This document shows positions 34,879-42,895 of a DNA stretch of 64,000 nucleotides, one piece after another. The position numbers were made by a program, and so were the translations under genes. Positions within the stretch are counted from its first letter, which is position 1. Each line of letters starts with the position of its first letter. The notes beneath the pieces were generated by a model. That model was not told the DNA's origin and searched no databases. It saw nothing but the letters and a program-made list of their open reading frames with translations. The stretch comes from an uncultured Pseudohongiella sp. (GTDB taxonomy: Bacteria; Pseudomonadota; Gammaproteobacteria; Pseudomonadales; Pseudohongiellaceae), in NCBI GenBank assembly GCA_964343795.1, contig CAYFKD010000003.1, forward strand, positions 260,669 to 324,668, written 5' to 3'.

Positions 34879-34909
34879 ATTATGTAAGGCCTGGCCTAAA
34901 GATTTTCAA
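34879..34909 (-). promoter_or_regulatory. Putative sigma70 promoter driving the R-U-R RNA and the RT gene
   Basis: On the minus strand the sequence reads TTGAAA, 19 nt, CATAAT. The predicted start near 34872 is about 2 nt upstream of repeat B. Confidence 0.3.
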
Positions 34910-35088
34910 GGGTTTCTAACTATTCGAATGACTACATAGGATTGTTGGTCAATTATCGACCAGCCGTCAAGAACAGGAGTTCACGGCTAATGGCGACGAG
35001 AATTTTTCTGAAGTTTGGATAGTGTAGTAGCAGTTGTACTCAGCCCAACTCGATGTAGGCAATTTTGACTCAATTCTAGATTTAACCA

Positions 35089-35170
35089 AGGTCGCAAGTC
35101 ATTGATATCTATATAACTGCAATTTTTTAGAGCGAGATTCGAATCTTAGCAACCGAGATTGGACGGCCGT
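35089..35170. repeat. Internal module junction: degenerate right-end plus tRNA T-arm remnant plus left-end motif
   Basis: GGTCGCAAGTCATTGATATCTATATAACTGCAATTTT resembles 36946-36987. GAGATTCGAATCT is a T-arm remnant. AGCAACCGAGATTGGACGGCCGT resembles 32729-32746. Confidence 0.65.
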
Positions 35171-35521
35171 TCAATATTCGAATGGTTTCAGTGAATTGCA
35201 GTGGAAGCTGAAAAGCACTGATTCAAAATCTAGTAGAAAATATTTCTAGAAGGCTATGCAGGGGTCTAAAAAGATAAGTCGTGGCCAAGCTGGCCAAGAA
35301 GGATTATCGCTTAGAAGCAAGTATTCACATTCCTTTAGAATCCGGAAAATCTCTAGTTGGGATTTTTCCGAAAGATGCGCCTTGCCCACTAAAATAGTGG
35401 GAATTGTCCTACATACACGAGTTTCGTGGGGGTGTAATGTTCGTCTCCTTGGTGGTTGATTCCAAGATATTTATGGGTCCGCGAGAATCTTGTTTAGACT
35501 GGACGATTAAGGAGAACTCAA

Positions 35522-36127
35522 TTGAATTATAGAAGATGGCTTACATCAGTATTTGCTCTATTAGCATTTATAAATCCTACAATTAGCTTCGCACAGTGCT
35601 CGGTAAATCCATTGTCGTGGTTATGGTGGTCAAATCTAGGGGATGCAGAAGATCTAACTTCTGGCCCGGGCTCTTACCCTCAAACCTATACCTACTGGAT
35701 ACAATCGGGGGCAACCACATACTTAAATACGGACCTGGATGCTGGTTTAGGGCCTAATGGAGAAGGCGAAGTTACTTTCTTCAACACTGCAATGGGGCAG
35801 AATGGACCATTTGGATCGACAGAAGCTTGGTCCACTAGTGAAACGTGCCATGTCTGGATAGGTGGAAGAACCTACGATTCGGGGAATTGTAATACTACTA
35901 CCCAACGACCGATAAAAGGTCAGATTAGGTTAAATGATTCAATTCTTGCGAATCCATCATACATAGCTCTTGGGGCTCCTATGACAACGATTCAACATGA
36001 AACAGGGCACATATTCGGAATGGGACATAATGATTCCTGCACTTCATTTATGAAAACGAGCTTCGTGGCTGGATTGCCTTCAAGTTTGCAATTCTGGGAA
36101 GTTATTTGGATTAATGCAAATTATTAA
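35522..36127 (+). CDS. Secreted metzincin-like zinc metalloprotease
   Basis: Signal peptide and the HETGHIFGMGH motif (HExxHxxGxxH), with a downstream Met (SFM). The start is TTG after AAGGAG. Confidence 0.65.
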   Translation: MNYRRWLTSVFALLAFINPTISFAQCSVNPLSWLWWSNLGDAEDLTSGPGSYPQTYTYWIQSGATTYLNTDLDAGLGPNGEGEVTFFNTAMGQNGPFGSTEAWSTSETCHVWIGGRTYDSGNCNTTTQRPIKGQIRLNDSILANPSYIALGAPMTTIQHETGHIFGMGHNDSCTSFMKTSFVAGLPSSLQFWEVIWINANY

Positions 36128-36152
36128 TACTCAAATAAATAAGGGGAGAATT

Positions 36153-36812
36153 ATGAAATCATATATTTTCGTGCTAGTTCTACTGGTGCCTTTAGGGGCC
36201 GAAGTAAATCCTCTATATGCTCAAGGCATATCAGCTGACCAATTCATTTACTACATGGATTATTCAGCAGAAAACGGATGGATACCGGAGAGTATAGAAA
36301 CTATGGTGTCTACATCTCATATTATTGTGAAAGGCAGATTTGGCAATTTGATTAGTAATCAACCCTTTTGGGGTTATGGCGAATCTCGCGAGTCTTTTAT
36401 AGAAAAGTTAAATATATCGGATGAAGAAGCTGATCGCATGGCTATTCCTTTGAGTGAGTATGAAATAGTTATTGACGAGGTAGTTTTTGGAGACATTAAA
36501 TCCGATAAAATTGTCTACAGAGTCTTTGAGAGCTACCCTTCAGAAGAAGAAGAGCTTGATCAAAAGAAGTCTATTGAAAGACTTTTTTTCCTCAGACTGA
36601 ATGAGGATGGAGAAACATACTCGAGTATTGGGCAACCGTTTATTTTGGACAATATAGACGGTGAGTATAGCTTTTTAGCTCGTGGAAGATCGATAACTGA
36701 TACTTCTAGAAAGACTTTGCCATTTGTTGAAAGTATGCAGAAAGTCGCTTTTGAGCAGGCAATAAAACAAGAGGTTGCGAGACAAATGGCAGAAATCGGG
36801 CGAGCAAATTAA
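36153..36812 (+). CDS. Hypothetical secreted protein (partner of the metzincin)
   Basis: I take the start at MKSYIFVLVLL after AAGGGGAG. There is a signal peptide but no family I recognise. Confidence 0.6.
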   Translation: MKSYIFVLVLLVPLGAEVNPLYAQGISADQFIYYMDYSAENGWIPESIETMVSTSHIIVKGRFGNLISNQPFWGYGESRESFIEKLNISDEEADRMAIPLSEYEIVIDEVVFGDIKSDKIVYRVFESYPSEEEELDQKKSIERLFFLRLNEDGETYSSIGQPFILDNIDGEYSFLARGRSITDTSRKTLPFVESMQKVAFEQAIKQEVARQMAEIGRAN

Positions 36813-36992
36813 CATCCAATAAACAACGCTAAGAAGAAGCCATGCCGAATTGTTCACACTCTTGGTTCGAGTATCAATATGTAACAAAAAACCACTCTTT
36901 ATTGCTCATTGGAGATACCTATGAGTTAATTCTCAAATCAACCGAGATCGCAAATCATTGATATTCTAATAGCTGTAATTTTGTGGATACTC

Positions 36993-37070
36993 CTTCGAAC
37001 CAGTTGATCGGGAATTCGAATGTCTCCGGGCGTGCGAAACAAAAAGGGGAGCCAATGGCTCCCCTTTTTT
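36993..37070 (+). repeat. attR-like displaced 3' half of tRNA-Arg plus terminator copy
   Basis: Aligns with 32598-32675 with about five substitutions and one 1-nt indel, and it lacks CCA. Confidence 0.85.
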
Positions 37071-37083
37071 ATCCGCTCCAATT

Positions 37084-38883
37084 CTATCTCGGATCCTGCC
37101 CCCTCTCTCTTCGCTCCCTTACAGGCGCGGCCCGTGATGGCGCGGCCCGTGACGGTGCAGCTCGTGAGGGTGCTTCGGCCCTCCGCGGCGCTGCAGAAGG
37201 AGCCTGTCTCCGTGCCGGGGATGGTTGGCTTCTCCGCTGAGGAGGGGGTGCGCTCCGTGCCTGTCTTGGCTGGGAAATTTCACGTCTTCGTTCGGGAGGG
37301 GCCGAACGCTGGCTGCGCTGCGGTTGCACGCGGGCAGGTCTCGGTGAAGATTGCCTGATCGTGGGTTGAGCGGTAAGAGCTTGCCGGTTTTGAGGCTGGC
37401 TCGTTACGCGGCTACGGTTATTCTGACTGGATGCCGTGTTACGAGTGGTTCGCTGTCGGTTCGAACCCGAACGTTCCATCCTGTTACGAAAAGTGAATAC
37501 CGCCTCGGGCTGGCTCCTGTTACGTGCGCTTGCAGCGGATTCTTCGGTACTGGAGTTACCCTGGTTTACACCTGTGTTGTTTCTCCTGGGTGATGGTCTC
37601 GCGACCCTGTTACCGGACTGCCGGCGATCGCTACTGGATCGGGTCAGGTTGTCCGGCGCGGTTATTGCCGCCGTGTTGGTATCCGGCCCCAGGGAATTCG
37701 ACAATGAGCGGGCGCCATTGGTATTGGGTCGGCCGCTGCCCTGGCGCAGGCTGCGTTCCCGCGCGCTCGGATTCTGTCGGCCGGCGCCGCTCAGTGCGGC
37801 AAGGTTTGAGTTCGACGCATTGCTGCGGTACTGGCCGTAGCTGCCGCGATTGCGCAGTGCTTCATCGAAGCGTTCGCGGGCCGGTGAGCTGTTGGCGTAG
37901 TAGTCGCGATAGCTGGAACTGTTCGGGCGTGATCCACTGTGGCGTTGCGGCCGCCAGTAACTGCCATAACGGTTCTTGTCCCGCACTTCCCGAAAACTGT
38001 TGTTGACGTAGTGACGGTTAAAACTGGCGATGGTTGGGCGCCGGTAGTGGTGGTACCCGAAGTCATAGTAGTGACCATAGTACGGGTGATGGTGGTAGCT
38101 GTGGTGAAAAACGCCCAGGTAATGATCCGACCAGTGTATGGAAAATGCCGTCGTGACGCCCCAGAAAAAACCGGAGTGAAAGTGATAGCCTCGCGGGTAG
38201 GGATAGTAGTACACGGGGCGGGGCCGGGGGTAATAGTGGTAGACCGCAACGGGCTGTTCCACGATGACTTCCTCGACTACGTAATAAGGAACATAGACTA
38301 CTTTTTCATCCACCGGTGTAATTTCGATGGTTTCTTCCGTAACCAACACGTTCTGGTATTCATCCGAAACCAGGTTGCCGGCGGCATGGGCGCGCGCCCG
38401 GAATGACTCCACTGCCGCCAGCACATCGGTTTGCTGTGCAATCACCGCTTCACCCAGCTGCCAGGTGGATTCGATTTCTTCATTCATTAGCAACAGAATT
38501 TCCGGATAGTTGAGCAGGGCAATGATGGATTCATCCCAGGATTCATCGGGGGTGAGATCGGGATCGGTTTCAAGCTGCTCAAGAAACCGCGCCGCCAGGA
38601 CAATTTCCAGGGGATAGGTGGAGGCGGGCAGGATGATGGCCAGCAGGTCATCCGGCTGTAGCGCATAAGGGCCAACCAACTGCTCAAGCTCGGCAGCCGT
38701 GTAGAGGATTACCGCGGGATCAGGATCTATGGGTTGCTGTGCCGTGGTCGAGATGATTTCCAGCGGGTTGCCGTCGGCGTCCACTGGTGTCTGAGCGCCT
38801 ACAGATCCGCAACCCATTAAAAGGAGTAACGGAAAACACAGTAAGCTTCTGAAAAAGCGAAGGATTGCTGATTTCCTGGTCAT
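37084..38883 (-). CDS. DUF3300-like lipoprotein with a long low-complexity C-terminal tail
   Basis: Lipobox LLMGC and the N-terminal motif LLAIILPASTYPLEIVLAARF. The C-terminal half or so is rich in S, R, N, P and Q and ends in APSRA repeats. Confidence 0.7.
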   Translation of the reverse strand: MTRKSAILRFFRSLLCFPLLLLMGCGSVGAQTPVDADGNPLEIISTTAQQPIDPDPAVILYTAAELEQLVGPYALQPDDLLAIILPASTYPLEIVLAARFLEQLETDPDLTPDESWDESIIALLNYPEILLLMNEEIESTWQLGEAVIAQQTDVLAAVESFRARAHAAGNLVSDEYQNVLVTEETIEITPVDEKVVYVPYYVVEEVIVEQPVAVYHYYPRPRPVYYYPYPRGYHFHSGFFWGVTTAFSIHWSDHYLGVFHHSYHHHPYYGHYYDFGYHHYRRPTIASFNRHYVNNSFREVRDKNRYGSYWRPQRHSGSRPNSSSYRDYYANSSPARERFDEALRNRGSYGQYRSNASNSNLAALSGAGRQNPSARERSLRQGSGRPNTNGARSLSNSLGPDTNTAAITAPDNLTRSSSDRRQSGNRVARPSPRRNNTGVNQGNSSTEESAASARNRSQPEAVFTFRNRMERSGSNRQRTTRNTASSQNNRSRVTSQPQNRQALTAQPTIRQSSPRPARVQPQRSQRSAPPERRREISQPRQARSAPPPQRRSQPSPARRQAPSAAPRRAEAPSRAAPSRAAPSRAAPVRERRERGQDPR

Positions 38884-39136
38884 CGGTCGCCCCCTTACCG
38901 ATTCAATCGGTGTTTTTTCCTAGGGTCAACTCTATTAGGGGGAAGCTGAACACCAGCTTAAGCAAAGATGGCAGGGAAGGCTTGTTAAACAGACCCGGTG
39001 GCAATGGGTAAATCATTCAGCATGGATTCAGTTCTTCCCCCTTAACTTCACACTCCAGGAGCGAAGTTTTCGGCATTGCCAGTTCGCACCAACTTGATTG
39101 CATTATCCCTGTAAGGATTATGAAAAGGGGGAAACC

Positions 39137-39517
39137 ATGAAAAAACTGATGTTCATACTCGTTCTGGCCATAGGTGCACCGCAGGCGATTGCCGACGCCA
39201 GCAATACTATTACCTGGGAAGTATTCGGGTTGCGTGTTGGCGGTGCTTTCGTTGACTACATTGACCTGGATGTTGAAATTGGTAATAACTACGTGCACAT
39301 GTACGGTGCGCTGGATTTTAACGACGGGTTTTCAACACCGGCTAACGGATCCTGTTTTTTCCCCAGCGGAAATAGTTTCCTGTTTTGCAATCTAAGCGTT
39401 GGTGAGAATTCGGTCGTATTGTCAATCGATGACGACTTTCACGGCACGGTGGAATCACTGGATGCCGACGGCTTTTTTGAAGACGAAGGTTTCCTGACCT
39501 TTCTCGGTATTCTCTAG
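39137..39517 (+). CDS. Hypothetical small secreted protein
   Basis: I take the start at MKKLMFILVLAIG after AAGGGGGA. It has a signal peptide. Confidence 0.6.
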   Translation: MKKLMFILVLAIGAPQAIADASNTITWEVFGLRVGGAFVDYIDLDVEIGNNYVHMYGALDFNDGFSTPANGSCFFPSGNSFLFCNLSVGENSVVLSIDDDFHGTVESLDADGFFEDEGFLTFLGIL

Positions 39518-39608
39518 CAGTTGATACCGGGGTTCAGGAACTGGAGCCAGGGTAGAAATACAGCGATGCGTTTTTACTCTGGCTCCTTTTGTGTTCCAAT
39601 GGGGCGCC

Positions 39609-39890
39609 ATGAAATTCGCTATACCCACCAGCCTGCTCTGTATCCTGCTCGGCGCCTGTGCCGTTGATGAGAACAGGATTTACCCCAACGCCATGACTAA
39701 CGAAGAAATCGTGGCCTACAACGAGACCCAGGACCGCATCTGGGATCGCATCTACTGCCTGGAGGATGTGCGAATCGATTCCCGCATCCGCAAACGTTAC
39801 TGTGCCACCTTGACCGAGCTGCGCCGGCGCAACATCTCGGCCGAACAGATGAACAACATCAACTTCGGCACAACGGGCCTGTTTCGCTAA
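39609..39890 (+). CDS. Hypothetical lipoprotein
   Basis: MKFAIPTSLLCILLGAC lipobox. Confidence 0.55.
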   Translation: MKFAIPTSLLCILLGACAVDENRIYPNAMTNEEIVAYNETQDRIWDRIYCLEDVRIDSRIRKRYCATLTELRRRNISAEQMNNINFGTTGLFR

Positions 39891-39891
39891 T

Positions 39892-39963
39892 AAAAAGGGG
39901 ACGGAGGGATTTATTTTTGATCAATCAGCACTGATCAATAATAAATCCCTCCGTCCCCTTTTT
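39892..39963. terminator. Long bidirectional terminator palindrome
   Basis: Perfect 24-bp arms AAAAAGGGGACGGAGGGATTTATT (39892-39915) and their reverse complement (39940-39963). The arms include A- and T-runs, and the element lies between convergent genes. Confidence 0.8.
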
Positions 39964-40852
39964 AGTCCGCGATCATCGGCGCGCGCTTACTGCCCGCCTT
40001 CTTCGCTTCCGCCTGGGTTCGGCGCCGTTCTTCGCCCAGTTGAGCCAGGTGATCCCGGTTGTTGTCATCAACCCGGGCATAGGCATCGCGCCAACTTTCG
40101 TCATCGCTCCATATATAAGGAAGCCGTTTAACGGTTTTTGGACCCTTCGCTTCTTCGAAGAGCTGCAAGGCCCGGCGGGCTATGTCCAGTTGCATGGCCT
40201 CGTCCCAGGGTTTGCCACTGGGGTTGCCAAGGGGGAAATCCAGGTGCAGGTAGCGGGGCACGCCACAGTACTCAACAATATCCAAGGCGGAACCGTTAAT
40301 CACCGTCGGCATGCCGTTGGCTTCCAGGTGGCGGGCGACCAGACTCACGGTCTGGTGACAGACAGGTCACAAGGGCACCAGCAGGGCAATATCTGCTTTG
40401 TCCTCCCGGCAGCGCTGGAGTATCTCCGGTGCATCTTCTTTCACGGTGGCGCGCTGGCTGTACTCGGTAGGAACGGAATGGAAGCGGGGAGCGACATTGC
40501 CAAGCATTCCTTCTTCCACCAGTTGATTCAGTTGGCGCAGGGGCAGGAAGGAATTCACGTCCCGGGTGTGGGTGGCTTCCTTGTCCCAGGACAGCTCATC
40601 GGTATACATGGATGCCGGTATGGGAGAGACTGGCGTGGAATAAACGCGTCGCTCCGCATGCCCTTGGGGAGTATCGGGCATGGCGGTGGTGATTACGACG
40701 AGTCTGGATTCGGCTACGGGCTTGTCCAGCGGCTGAAACGGGGTCTCATCGAAATGGGCCCACTGGTAATCCACGGTATAACCCTGGGCGCGGTAATAAT
40801 CCCGGGTCCGTTCCATGTAGGGCACATCGTAGGCGTTGGTCATATTCAGCAA
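39962..40852 (-). CDS. GrdB-family (glycine/sarcosine/betaine reductase component B-like) protein with in-frame TGA, candidate selenoprotein
   Basis: The two listed ORFs (40367-40852 and 39962-40348) are in the same frame and are separated only by a TGA at 40367-40369. Read-through gives LLVPL-U-PVCHQTVSLVARH. Confidence 0.7.
40338..40356 (-). other. SECIS-like hairpin
   Basis: The mRNA reads ACCAGAC-CGUGA-GUCUGGU. The stem starts 10 nt after the UGA and the apical loop contains a G. Confidence 0.55.
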
Positions 40853-41051
40853 TCAGCTCGGCGTGAAATCACAGTACTGTATTTTTCGGCCGGCGCCTAT
40901 TTTTCCAAATATACCAGTTTATTCAGAGGCTTAGAGCGGCCGTTCGATCTGTCAAATATCGTCACAATTCCCAAGCCATTTGGCTTTTATTCTCTACAGG
41001 CCAGATTTATACTGGCCTGCCCTAGCTTATAAGAACAAAGAGGCTTTACCC

Positions 41052-42203
41052 ATGAAGAAATTCCTCTCCGGAGCGCTGGTTACCCTGCTGTTCGCTCCAT
41101 TACTAGCTCTTGCCCAGGCAAGCGAATCCGTGGAGCCGTTCAAGGTCGGTACATTCGCGGTAGGTACCGACAAGTTCGTCGGCCTGGTAGTTCGCGACGA
41201 TTCACTGATCGTGGACGTACAGGAAGCCAACCGCGCCATGGAGCTGAGTTCCCAGTACGCTGAAATCAATGTTCCCGACGACATGCTCGGCTTTATTGAG
41301 CAATACGAATATGGCCTGAAGTACCGGGTTTACGAAGTCATGAACTGGCTGGTAGCAAACGGACATCTGGTGGGCAGCAATCGACCCTCTTATGTTCATG
41401 CGGTAGCCGATGTGGATATCCAGGCCCCGATCCAGTTTCCCAGCAAGATCATGAACGCGGCGGTGAACTTCTACACCCACGCCTGCGAAGGATGTACAGC
41501 CGAACAACTGGCCGAGCGTACCCGCCAGCGCCAGGAAAATCGCGGCGTTCCTTACCTGTTCCTCAAGCCCACCCGCGGTGCGGTAGTGGGTGACGGCGAA
41601 GACATCATCATGCCTTATGGCCGTGATGAGATTGAATATGAAGTGGAAATGGCCATCGTGTTTGGCAAAACCGGCAAATATGTCTCTGCCACTCGCGCCT
41701 ATGACCACGTATTCGGTTACATGGTTGCCATGGACGTGTCCGACCGTGGCGGTCGCCCACCCGGTGGTTACGGCAGCCGTTCCGACTGGTTTGTGGGTAA
41801 AGGCCACGACACCTTTGCGCCTCACGGACCGTGGATCGTGCCCAAGGAATTCTACGGTGATCCCATGGAGCGCCTGCACCAGATTACAGTAGTTGACGGT
41901 GTAACTGTGCAGGAAGCCCAGGCCGGGGACATGATTCACAACATCCCCGAGTTGATCGAGTATGCGACGTCACTGATCACAGTCTTCCCGGGTGATGTTA
42001 TGCAGAGCGGTACCTCCGGTGGTACTGGTGCCGGCCGCGTGCAGCGTGCCACAGGTTCCGGTTACCTGGTGGATGGTGAAACCATCCAGGCCAGCATCGA
42101 GGGCATCGGTACCCTGACTCACCGTGTAGTGAGAGAGCGCAGTATTCCGGACGATCTGAGCGGAGCGCAACTGCCGCCGACCGCTGATTATCGCGACCGG
42201 TAA
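41052..42203 (+). CDS. FAH family hydrolase with signal peptide
   Basis: I take the start at MKKFLSGALV (41052). FAH-fold motifs are present in the C-terminal two thirds. Confidence 0.75.
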   Translation: MKKFLSGALVTLLFAPLLALAQASESVEPFKVGTFAVGTDKFVGLVVRDDSLIVDVQEANRAMELSSQYAEINVPDDMLGFIEQYEYGLKYRVYEVMNWLVANGHLVGSNRPSYVHAVADVDIQAPIQFPSKIMNAAVNFYTHACEGCTAEQLAERTRQRQENRGVPYLFLKPTRGAVVGDGEDIIMPYGRDEIEYEVEMAIVFGKTGKYVSATRAYDHVFGYMVAMDVSDRGGRPPGGYGSRSDWFVGKGHDTFAPHGPWIVPKEFYGDPMERLHQITVVDGVTVQEAQAGDMIHNIPELIEYATSLITVFPGDVMQSGTSGGTGAGRVQRATGSGYLVDGETIQASIEGIGTLTHRVVRERSIPDDLSGAQLPPTADYRDR

Positions 42204-42227
42204 TACTTCGCAATCAGTAAATAAGGA

Positions 42228-42261
42228 AACGCCGATCGGTAAACGCCGGTCGGCGTTTTTT
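42228..42261 (+). terminator. Rho-independent terminator
   Basis: ACGCCGA..TCGGCGT stem followed by a T-run. Confidence 0.6.
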
Positions 42262-42331
42262 ATTGAGCGGGAGCTAAGCCATCGAACAATTACTGTTTTC
42301 CTGGCTGGAACGATTCGGGCAGTTTGCTGTT

Positions 42332-42778
42332 TTGCTGGTTCCTTTCTTTGCCTTCGCGGAAGCCTGTTTCGGCATTGGGTTGTTTGTTTCCGGTGCCTTC
42401 CTGGTGCTGGTAACCACTTTGCTCATCGCCAATGATCTGGCTCCAATCGAGATGATTTTGACGCTGGCATTACTGGGCGCCATGGCGGGGGATCATGCCG
42501 GGTTTTATATCGGTCGCTGGCTGGGACCCCGGTTCCACGAGACCGCCTTAGCCAACAAGTACCAGAACAGCATTGGCAGTGCGGAAAGGCTGATTAAACG
42601 CTATGGTGCACTGGCAATCTTTATTGGCCGCTTTGTCCCGGCCATACGCAGCCTGTTACCGGCACTGATTGGTATAAGTGGATTCGGTCGCGGCCTCTAC
42701 CTGTTATTGGATTTTATCGCTTGTCTTCTGTGGTCACTGGCCCTTGGTGGCATACTGCTGACCATTGTCGCACTCTGA
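42332..42778 (+). CDS. DedA family membrane protein
   Basis: DedA-like sequence. The listed start is TTG, but the frame stays open and DedA-like back to 42278, with no ATG, GTG or TTG in that stretch. Confidence 0.7.
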   Translation: MLVPFFAFAEACFGIGLFVSGAFLVLVTTLLIANDLAPIEMILTLALLGAMAGDHAGFYIGRWLGPRFHETALANKYQNSIGSAERLIKRYGALAIFIGRFVPAIRSLLPALIGISGFGRGLYLLLDFIACLLWSLALGGILLTIVAL

Positions 42779-42895
42779 TATAGTGCAAGAAAAGCTGGCA
42801 ACAGCCGAATTGATATTGAATACCATGAGCAATCCTGAGACTCGTAATATTGTCCAGTCACACTGAATTGCAGCCGCAGCCGCCAGGAATCAAGC

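Larger units (their letters stand above)
32598..37070. mobile_element. Integrase-less composite genomic islet inserted in the 3' half of tRNA-Arg
   Basis: Imperfect 78-bp direct repeats flank it, running from the tRNA anticodon loop to the terminator (32598-32675 and 36993-37070). The interior is visibly more AT-rich than the flanks (not computed). An internal degenerate copy of the end sequences lies at 35089-35170. Confidence 0.8.

Noticed and set aside
33070-34909. The RT locus could be a canonical retron (msr-msd) or a group II intron.
   Set aside because: Retrons need inverted a1/a2 repeats flanking msr-msd, and their RTs usually show a VTG-type motif 7. Here the repeats are direct and motif 7 is FLG. 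Against a group II intron, I see no GUGYG 5' end, no domain V-like hairpin and no maturase or endonuclease domain. I cannot fully exclude either without covariance-model searches.
32676-37070. The islet might carry an integrase, transposase or excisionase.
   Set aside because: None of the listed ORFs in this interval shows tyrosine or serine recombinase motifs or DDE motifs. The islet is therefore described as integrase-less.
37124-37183. The 15-bp tandem repeats could be an independent VNTR or a regulatory array.
   Set aside because: They lie inside the DUF3300-like CDS and simply encode the APSRA low-complexity tail.
40367-40369. The in-frame TGA codons at 40367-40369 and 56053-56055 could mark pseudogenes or sequencing errors.
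   Set aside because: In both cases the two halves stay in the same frame, and the TGA falls exactly at the first position of a UxxC/CxxC redox motif. Both are followed by a stable hairpin at SECIS-compatible distance. I therefore call them candidate Sec codons. Confirmation needs the sel genes, which are not in this window.
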